Source: Gammaproteobacteria bacterium (GTDB taxonomy: Bacteria; Pseudomonadota; Gammaproteobacteria; GCA-001735895). Taken from it: a stretch of 64,000 bases of DNA. The notes below the pieces were generated by a model. That model saw only the letters and a list, made by a program, of their open reading frames with translations, searched no databases and was not told the origin of the DNA. Of this stretch, positions 58,379-64,000 are shown piece by piece. Each line of letters opens with the position of its first letter. Positions within the stretch are counted from its first letter, which is position 1. The stretch covers positions 1,411 through 65,410 of the forward strand of contig JAOTXY010000008.1 of assembly GCA_029862125.1 (NCBI GenBank). The letters run 5' to 3'. A program made the translations under genes and the position numbers.

Positions 58379-59041
58379 ATGACGCCCGAAGATAAAAAAC
58401 GCAATGCGGCAGAGGCGGCGATCGATTATGTCAAACCCGGCTCAACGATTGGAGTCGGTACTGGTTCGACAGTCAATCATTTTATCGACTTGCTCGGCGA
58501 AAAAATGCAAGGCAAGGTTAACTCGGCGGTATCGAGTTCCGAGGCTTCCAGCGAACGCCTGCGCAGCCATGGAATCAAGGTCGTCGACCTGAACGAGGTC
58601 GGCGAACTCGATCTTTACGTCGACGGCGCCGACGAGTCGAATCACCAGCTGCAATTGATCAAGGGCGGTGGCGGCGCATTAACAAGGGAAAAAATCGTTG
58701 CAGCAGCAAGCGCCGTGTTTGTCTGCATTGCCGACGAAAGCAAGCTGGTGACCACGCTGGGCGCGTTTCCGCTACCGGTGGAGGTTGTCCCGATGGCTCG
58801 CGGACTGGTCATCGGGGCGCTGCAGGGGCTCGGTGGCGACCCCCGCCTGCGTGAAGGATTTATTACCGATAATGGCAATCAGATTCTCGATGTCCATGGC
58901 CTGCAGATCGAGGACCCGATTGATATGGAAATCCGCATCAACCAGATCGTTGGCGTGGTCTGCGTGGGCCTGTTTGCCCATCGGCCAGCCGATGTGCTCA
59001 TCCTCGGAGGCGAGGACGGAATCAGATCCATACAGGCATAA
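58379..59041 (+). CDS. rpiA: Ribose-5-phosphate isomerase A
   Basis: …IGVGTGSTV… and …DGADE…KGGGGA…. The start is taken at MTPEDKK. Confidence 0.9.
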   Translation: MTPEDKKRNAAEAAIDYVKPGSTIGVGTGSTVNHFIDLLGEKMQGKVNSAVSSSEASSERLRSHGIKVVDLNEVGELDLYVDGADESNHQLQLIKGGGGALTREKIVAAASAVFVCIADESKLVTTLGAFPLPVEVVPMARGLVIGALQGLGGDPRLREGFITDNGNQILDVHGLQIEDPIDMEIRINQIVGVVCVGLFAHRPADVLILGGEDGIRSIQA

Positions 59042-59073
59042 AAAAAGCCCGCGATTGCGGGCTTTCCTGTTTG
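59041..59073. terminator. Bidirectional intrinsic terminator (AAAAAAGCCCGC-gatt-GCGGGCTTT…TTT) between the convergent rpiA and rpsI
   Basis: A GC-rich stem flanked by an A-tract on one side and a T-tract on the other. Confidence 0.75.
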
Positions 59074-59086
59074 CGTTGTGGTGGGC

Positions 59087-59479
59087 CTAGCGCTTCGAGA
59101 ACTGAACACCACGGCGAGCCTTGCGCAGGCCAACCTTCTTGCGTTCAACTGCACGTGCATCGCGGGTAACAAAGCCTTCCTTACGCAGTGCTTCACGCAA
59201 GGTTTCGTCGTATTGCAGCAGGGCGCGTGTAATGCCTAGACGTATCGCACCCGCCTGTCCACTGGGCCCGCCGCCAGAAACATTCACGTTGATGTCGAAT
59301 TTATCCAGTACATCGACGGTTTGCAGAGGCTGGCGTACAACCATGCGTGAGGTTTCACGGCCGAAGTATTCCTCGATGGTTCTGTTATTAACCATGATCG
59401 CACCGTTACCGGATTTCAGGTAAACCCGTGCCGACGAACTCTTGCGCCGACCGGTACCGTAATATTGTTCAACTGCCAT
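59087..59479 (-). CDS. rpsI: 30S ribosomal protein S9
   Basis: 130 aa ending …RRGVQFSKR. Confidence 0.95.
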   Translation of the reverse strand: MAVEQYYGTGRRKSSSARVYLKSGNGAIMVNNRTIEEYFGRETSRMVVRQPLQTVDVLDKFDINVNVSGGGPSGQAGAIRLGITRALLQYDETLREALRKEGFVTRDARAVERKKVGLRKARRGVQFSKR

Positions 59480-59490
59480 AATTTGACCTG

Positions 59491-59919
59491 TTAGATTTCG
59501 AGGGGCTGGGGTTGCTGCGCTGAGTGCTGATGCACATCACCCGCGTATACCTTCAGCTTCTTAAACATTGCCCGACCCAGCGCATTCTTGGGCAGCATGC
59601 CCTTGACCGAATGCTGGATGATTCTTTCCGGGTGCTCGCTGCGCAACTTCGACAGGTTAGTTGACTTGAGACTGCCGATGTAACCGGTGTGATGGTGGTA
59701 CATCTTGTCGGTTTCCTTGTTGCCGGTAACCCGTACCTTTTCCGCATTAATGACGATAATGTAATCGCCGGTATCAACGTGCGGGGTATACTCAGGCTTG
59801 TGCTTACCGCGCAGCCGACGCGCAATTTCAGTCGACAGGCGACCCAACACCTTGTCGCTGGCATCGATTACGTACCAGTCGCGTTTTACCGATTCGGGTT
59901 TTGCGCTGAAGGTTTTCAT
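59491..59919 (-). CDS. rplM: 50S ribosomal protein L13
   Basis: 142 aa beginning [20 protein letters not shown]…. Confidence 0.95.
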   Translation of the reverse strand: MKTFSAKPESVKRDWYVIDASDKVLGRLSTEIARRLRGKHKPEYTPHVDTGDYIIVINAEKVRVTGNKETDKMYHHHTGYIGSLKSTNLSKLRSEHPERIIQHSVKGMLPKNALGRAMFKKLKVYAGDVHQHSAQQPQPLEI

Positions 59920-60114
59920 ACTAATTCCTGATTTGTACCGTTAAGGCGTGGACTTCTTCCACAAAGGGCGCGAATACTAACCAATTAACCTGCGCTTGAC
60001 AAGATGTAAAACCCTTGATTTAGCGGGATATTTGACGGCTTGGATTAATATCCTGGTTTAGATGATAATAAGCCCTCACGTCGCCGGATTTAAAACCATT
60101 TGCCTGGATCCAGA

Positions 60115-60753
60115 ATGCGCAATCTAAGCTTTACCGATCGTCTCTTCGTGGAACTGCAGCATGGCCTGAGTACCAGTCATGTGCGGCCCGGCGCGGTCGC
60201 GAGAGCTTATCCGGCCGACGACTCGGAACAGGTTGAATTGTCCGCCCGGGAAAAGCAGCATGTCGCCGGTTTAATGCGGGTTAACAACGCCGGGGAAGTC
60301 GCCGCGCAAGGACTTTACCGTGGCCAGGCCTTTAGCGCACGCGAGCAGGCGCTCAGTCAGGCAATGAACGAGGCCGCCGAAGAAGAAAACGAACACCTGA
60401 ACTGGTGTCAGCGGCGCCTTGCGGAACTCGATCAATCACGCAGCCTGCTCGATGGTGTCTGGTACTGGGGTTCGTTCACCATCGGAGCCCTGGCGGGTGC
60501 AGCCGGTGACAAGTGGAGTCTCGGTTTCGTCAAGGAAACCGAGCAACAGGTCTGTGCTCACCTCGACCGGCACCTCGAACAGCTGCCCGAACAGGACCAG
60601 CGTAGCCGCTCGATCATCGAGGCCATGCGCGCAGACGAGTTGCGTCATGCCGAAAACGCGGCCGCTGCCGGTGCCGCTGAACTGCCGCAACCGGTCAAAA
60701 CCGCAATGACCCTGGTCAGCAAGATCATGACCTTCACCGCCTACCGCATCTAG
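60115..60753 (+). CDS. coq7: Demethoxyubiquinone hydroxylase (Coq7-type di-iron carboxylate enzyme)
   Basis: Repeated E…EXXH di-iron motifs (…AGEVAAQGLY…EEENEHL…; …ETEQQVCAHL…ADELRHAE…). Confidence 0.8.
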   Translation: MRNLSFTDRLFVELQHGLSTSHVRPGAVARAYPADDSEQVELSAREKQHVAGLMRVNNAGEVAAQGLYRGQAFSAREQALSQAMNEAAEEENEHLNWCQRRLAELDQSRSLLDGVWYWGSFTIGALAGAAGDKWSLGFVKETEQQVCAHLDRHLEQLPEQDQRSRSIIEAMRADELRHAENAAAAGAAELPQPVKTAMTLVSKIMTFTAYRI

Positions 60754-60798
60754 TACCCAATAATTACGGTACCAAACCACAATCCAGTAACGGAGCGG

Positions 60799-60894
60799 CC
60801 ATGGGTATTCTTTTGCGGGATCGCCGTGAATACGTCCATGTAGGCTCGCGCGCAACATCCCTGTTGCGCAGCGTCCCGCAAAAGAATACCCATG
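60799..60894. repeat. Perfect 21-bp inverted repeat (CATGGGTATTCTTTTGCGGGA / TCCCGCAAAAGAATACCCATG) around a 53-bp spacer that holds a nested 8-bp hairpin (GCGCAACA-tccc-TGTTGCGC)
   Basis: Read directly from the sequence. Confidence 0.8.
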
Positions 60895-60916
60895 TCCACT
60901 CCTCAACACTTGTAAG

Positions 60917-61044
60917 CCACCTTGGGTGGATGCTCCCAAAAGTGTAGCGAGGCATGGATGCCGAGCTCCAAGCGATTCCATGGATGGACCAACCGGCGCC
61001 TGCGCCGGTTGGGAGCGCCTTTTGGGGGCATCCACCCAAGGTGG
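60917..61044. repeat. 26-bp inverted repeat with one mismatch (CCACCTTGGGTGGATGCTCCCAAAAG / CTTTTGGGGGCATCCACCCAAGGTGG) around a 76-bp spacer that holds an 11-bp hairpin (CCAACCGGCGC-ctg-GCGCCGGTTGG)
   Basis: Read directly from the sequence. Together with the previous repeat it fills most of the coq7-osmC intergenic region. Confidence 0.8.
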
Positions 61045-61091
61045 CCAGGCGAAGGAATGCCGTTCGGCCTGGTATTGAGAGCTTTCTGGTT

Positions 61092-61511
61092 TTAGTCGGG
61101 GTTGACGATTTCGAAGTCGTGGGTGATTGCGGCGGTTTTTTCGAGTATGCGCGAAGCTGAACAGTACTTGTCAGCTGAAAGGCTTATTGCCTTTGCGACC
61201 TTGGCCTGATCGAGGTCGCGGCCCGAGACGATGAAATGAAGATGGATTTTGGTGAACACCTTGGGGATGCTATCGGCGCGTTCTGCCTCGATATCGACCT
61301 CGCAATCGACCAGTTGCTGACGTGATTTGTGCAAAATCGATACCACGTCAAACGAGGTACAGCCACCAAGCCCAAGTAACAGCATTTCCATCGGCCGCAC
61401 CCCGAGATTACGCCCACCGGCTTCGGGTGCTCCGTCCATCACCACCGAGTGACCACTGCCGGATTCACCGACAAAAGACATATGCTCCAGCCACTTGATC
61501 CTGCACTTCAT
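61092..61511 (-). CDS. OsmC/Ohr-family peroxiredoxin-like protein
   Basis: 139 aa. …LLGLGGCTSFDV… is the conserved Cys region of the OsmC family. Confidence 0.75.
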   Translation of the reverse strand: MKCRIKWLEHMSFVGESGSGHSVVMDGAPEAGGRNLGVRPMEMLLLGLGGCTSFDVVSILHKSRQQLVDCEVDIEAERADSIPKVFTKIHLHFIVSGRDLDQAKVAKAISLSADKYCSASRILEKTAAITHDFEIVNPD

Positions 61512-61586
61512 AGTTAATACCTATTGCTGTTGATTTGATCTTTTTGTGCTATCTTTATCACTTGCGCGAAACAGATAATCACAATC

Positions 61587-62234
61587 ATGTCAGTTAACCC
61601 GATCACAAAAGTAATACCCCGACAGAATGCCGCCCTGGACAATTTTCTGCATCATTGTCACACCAAGAAGTACGCGGCGCGCAGTACTATTATCCATGCA
61701 GGGGACGAATCCGAGACGCTTTACTATATCATCGACGGTTCGGTGAGCGTAGTCATCGAGGACGAGGACTGCAACGAAATCGTACTCGCCTACCTCAACC
61801 CGGGTGATTTCTTCGGTGAAATGGGTTTATTCGAAGAAGACACCAAGCGCAGCGCCTGGGTTATCACGCGCACAGCCTGTGAGGTCGCGGAAATTCATTA
61901 CAACCAGTTCATGCAGTTGGCCAAGGATACGCCCGAGATCCTGTTTCAACTGTCTTCGCAGCTGGCCAGTCGTCTGCGTAATACCAGCCGCAAGGTGAGT
62001 AATCTCGCGTTTATGGATGTCACCGGGCGGGTCGCCCGCACCCTGCTCGACCTGGCACGCGAACCCGACGCAATAACTCATCCCGATGGCATGCAAATCA
62101 AGATTACGCGCCAGGAAATCGCCAAGATTGTCGGTTGTTCGCGCGAAATGGCCGGGCGCGTCATGAAAACGCTCGAAGAAGACGGCCTGATCACCGCGCA
62201 CGGCAAAACCATAGTCGTCTTCGGCACCCGCTAA
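61587..62234 (+). CDS. crp: cAMP receptor protein (CRP/Vfr) global transcriptional regulator
   Basis: Very high similarity to P. aeruginosa Vfr and E. coli CRP throughout (…[23 protein letters not shown]…[17 protein letters not shown]…). Confidence 0.9.
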   Translation: MSVNPITKVIPRQNAALDNFLHHCHTKKYAARSTIIHAGDESETLYYIIDGSVSVVIEDEDCNEIVLAYLNPGDFFGEMGLFEEDTKRSAWVITRTACEVAEIHYNQFMQLAKDTPEILFQLSSQLASRLRNTSRKVSNLAFMDVTGRVARTLLDLAREPDAITHPDGMQIKITRQEIAKIVGCSREMAGRVMKTLEEDGLITAHGKTIVVFGTR

Positions 62235-62256
62235 CACTGCCCGCGGGGCTAGCGGG

Positions 62257-63057
62257 CTAGTAGAAAAGTTCGCGCAGGCCCTGTCCTGGATCCGGCACCC
62301 GCATAAAGGCTTCACCCACGAGGAAAGCGTTGACATCATGCTGGCGCATTAAAGCAACGTCCTCGCGACTATGAATCCCGCTCTCGGTAACGACCAGGCA
62401 ACCTGCAGGGATCAGCTCAAGCAATTTAATCGTGGTATCCAGGCTGGTGTCAAAAGTACGTAAATCGCGATTGTTGATCCCGACCAGCTCGAGTTCGAGT
62501 TTAAGTGCGCGTTCGAGCTCCTCGCGGTTGTGCACCTCGACCAACACATCCATGCCAAGTGCGCGCGCTTCCCGATGCAGGCCTGCCAGGGATTCATCGT
62601 CAAGCGCCGCGACAATGAGCAGAATACAGTCCGCGCCGATTGCACGCGATTCGACCACCTGGTAGGGGTCGACAATAAAATCCTTGCGAATGACCGGTAG
62701 CTGGCAGGCAGAACGCGCGGCAACCAGGAAATCCTCGTGCCCCTGGAAGAAATCCTGATCGGTCAGCACCGACAGGCAGCTGGCGCCACCCGCTTCATAG
62801 GATCGGGCGATTTCAACCACGTCGAAGTTTTCGCGAATCACACCTTTGCTGGGCGAGGCCTTCTTGATTTCCGCGATCACCGCGGATTCACCCTGCTCAA
62901 CGCGCCGCTTTAACGCGGCAACAAATCCCCGCGGTACCGATGCATCATGCGCCTGTTGCTGCAAGCTGTCGAACGACGCCGTTTGCCGACGCGCGCTAAT
63001 CTCCTGTTGCTTGCGCGCAACAATACGATTCAGAATATCCGGCCGCGCGCCGCTCAT
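62257..63057 (-). CDS. trpC: Indole-3-glycerol phosphate synthase
   Basis: TrpC signature blocks (…[14 protein letters not shown]…, …LSVLTD…). The start is taken at the [20 protein letters not shown], which overlaps the trpD stop (TGATG). Confidence 0.85.
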   Translation of the reverse strand: MSGARPDILNRIVARKQQEISARRQTASFDSLQQQAHDASVPRGFVAALKRRVEQGESAVIAEIKKASPSKGVIRENFDVVEIARSYEAGGASCLSVLTDQDFFQGHEDFLVAARSACQLPVIRKDFIVDPYQVVESRAIGADCILLIVAALDDESLAGLHREARALGMDVLVEVHNREELERALKLELELVGINNRDLRTFDTSLDTTIKLLELIPAGCLVVTESGIHSREDVALMRQHDVNAFLVGEAFMRVPDPGQGLRELFY

Positions 63058-64000
63058 CAGGCGTTGGACCTGGCCACCAGGTTTTGCAGCACTTCGGCAG
63101 CCTTGCCGCTGCTGATGGCGACTTTCGCAGCTTCGACACCGGCTGCCAGGGTATCGGCACAACCCGATACATAGATTGCAGCACCGGCATTGAGGCAGAC
63201 AATATCGTGTGCGGGACCGGCATTGTCTGCCAGCACCGCGCGAATCATGTCCAGGCTTTGCTCGGGAGAATTAACCCGAAGCTCGTCCGGGGAAGCCGAA
63301 TCCATGCCGAAATCAGACGGTTTAATGTTATAACTGCTCACCTTGCCGTCCTTGAGTTCGGCAACATGGGTGGGCGCAGAAATACTGATTTCATCCATTC
63401 CGTCCTCGGCGTGCACCACCATGACATGATGGCTTTCAAGCTGGTTCAAAACGTTTGCCATCAGCTCCACCAGCTCGTCGTGAAATACGCCGATAACCTG
63501 GTTCGGTGCGCCGGCGGGATTGGTTAGAGGTCCGAGCACGTTGAATATGGTTCTTACCGCCATTTCCTTGCGCGGTCCGATGGCATGCTTCATCGCACCG
63601 TGATGTGCCGGCGCAAACATGAAGCCAACGCCAACCTGCTCGACGCATTCAGCGACCTGCTGCGGCGAAATATCCAGTTTCACGCCGGCCGCCTCGAGCA
63701 CATCGGCGCTACCCGAATTACTGGTCATGGAACGATTACCGTGCTTGGCGACGCTGGCGCCTGCTGCAGCCGCCACGATTGCACTCGCAGTCGAGATATT
63801 GAAACTACCCGAGGAATCGCCACCCGTACCTGCGGTATCGACCAGGTGATCGGTGTTTACCTCTACCCGGGTCGACAGCTCGCGCATAACCCGGGCAGCC
63901 GCCGAAATCTCGTCGACGGTTTCGCCTTTCATGTGCAGCCCGACCAGGAAACCACCGATCTGGGATGCCGTACATTCTCCGGTCATGATTTGCTGCATCA
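63057..64000 (-). CDS. trpD: Anthranilate phosphoribosyltransferase, C-terminal ~313 aa; the N-terminus lies beyond the window
   Basis: …[28 protein letters not shown]…KHGNRS…. The ORF continues past position 64000. Confidence 0.9.
   Translation of the reverse strand, partial: MQQIMTGECTASQIGGFLVGLHMKGETVDEISAAARVMRELSTRVEVNTDHLVDTAGTGGDSSGSFNISTASAIVAAAAGASVAKHGNRSMTSNSGSADVLEAAGVKLDISPQQVAECVEQVGVGFMFAPAHHGAMKHAIGPRKEMAVRTIFNVLGPLTNPAGAPNQVIGVFHDELVELMANVLNQLESHHVMVVHAEDGMDEISISAPTHVAELKDGKVSSYNIKPSDFGMDSASPDELRVNSPEQSLDMIRAVLADNAGPAHDIVCLNAGAAIYVSGCADTLAAGVEAAKVAISSGKAAEVLQNLVARSNA

Noticed and set aside
60799-60945. 48-codon ATG-initiated ORF beginning exactly at the left arm of the 21-bp IR
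   Set aside because: It lies entirely within palindromic repeat sequence, has no Shine-Dalgarno and nothing that suggests coding. The repeat is much more likely to be a DNA/RNA element.
60436-61039. Minus-strand ORFs of 199 and 91 aa spanning the coq7 3' end and the repeat region
   Set aside because: They overlap coq7 in antisense. The remainder is generated by the palindromic repeats, because inverted repeats create long mirror ORFs.
62235-62256. Short GC-rich palindrome (GCCCGC-ggggcta-GCGGGC) between crp and trpC
   Set aside because: It is probably just a compact bidirectional terminator for the two convergent genes and is too small and ordinary to list as a finding.
61827-62339. 170-aa minus-strand ORF inside crp
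   Set aside because: It is antisense to a CRP/Vfr gene that is near-identical to known orthologs.
1-64000. CRISPR arrays, transposases, integrases, phage genes, tRNA/rRNA genes and toxin-antitoxin pairs
   Set aside because: I looked for short regularly spaced direct repeats, DDE/tyrosine-recombinase-like ORFs, tRNA T-arm motifs (GGTTCGAATCC) and small adjacent ORF pairs. None were found. The only repeat-rich loci are the palindromic intergenic regions reported above.

Overview
This 64 kb window looks like chromosomal DNA from a gammaproteobacterium with Pseudomonas-like synteny (vfr/crp-trpC-trpD, lptD-surA-pdxA-rsmA, pepP-ubiH-ubiI, ygfB/zapA/6S RNA, rpiA-ilvA, rplM-rpsI), at roughly 55-58% GC. 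About 75 protein-coding genes can be supported, mostly housekeeping: a TctCBA tricarboxylate transporter, AzlCD, two AEC-family permease paralogs, a PotA-like ABC transporter operon, the ABC-F ATPase Uup, pcnB-folK-dNK-panB-panC, the frmA-fghA formaldehyde detoxification pair, gcvTH, ubiquinone biosynthesis genes, thyA-lgt-dgkA, ribosomal proteins, osmC, crp and trpCD. I found no CRISPR array, transposase, integrase, tRNA or rRNA. The accessory or unusual content is as follows. (1) A single-pass membrane protein with a cytoplasmic FHA domain and a periplasmic trypsin-like (S1) protease domain, next to a DUF4864-like secreted protein and an Ada-like AraC-MGMT fusion. (2) A small standalone FHA protein, a LysM-like/FecR-domain membrane-anchored protein and a decayed GAF-domain pseudogene inserted between folA and an inverted apaGH. 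(3) A WYL-domain regulator divergent from a cysteine-dioxygenase-like cupin. (4) A second, C-terminally extended Lgt paralog divergent from a BT1-family MFS transporter. (5) An orphan cobalt-type nitrile hydratase cluster (HupE/UreJ, accessory, beta, alpha) next to a truncated EamA gene. (6) A membrane-anchored ClpP/S49-fold protein. (7) A candidate 6S RNA downstream of zapA. (8) Large nested inverted repeats (REP/MITE-like) between coq7 and osmC. I cannot point to one clearly novel multi-gene system; the FHA-protease locus and the FHA/FecR/GAF-remnant locus are the best candidates for undescribed biology. All calls rest on reading the ORF translations and motifs by eye; no database search was run.
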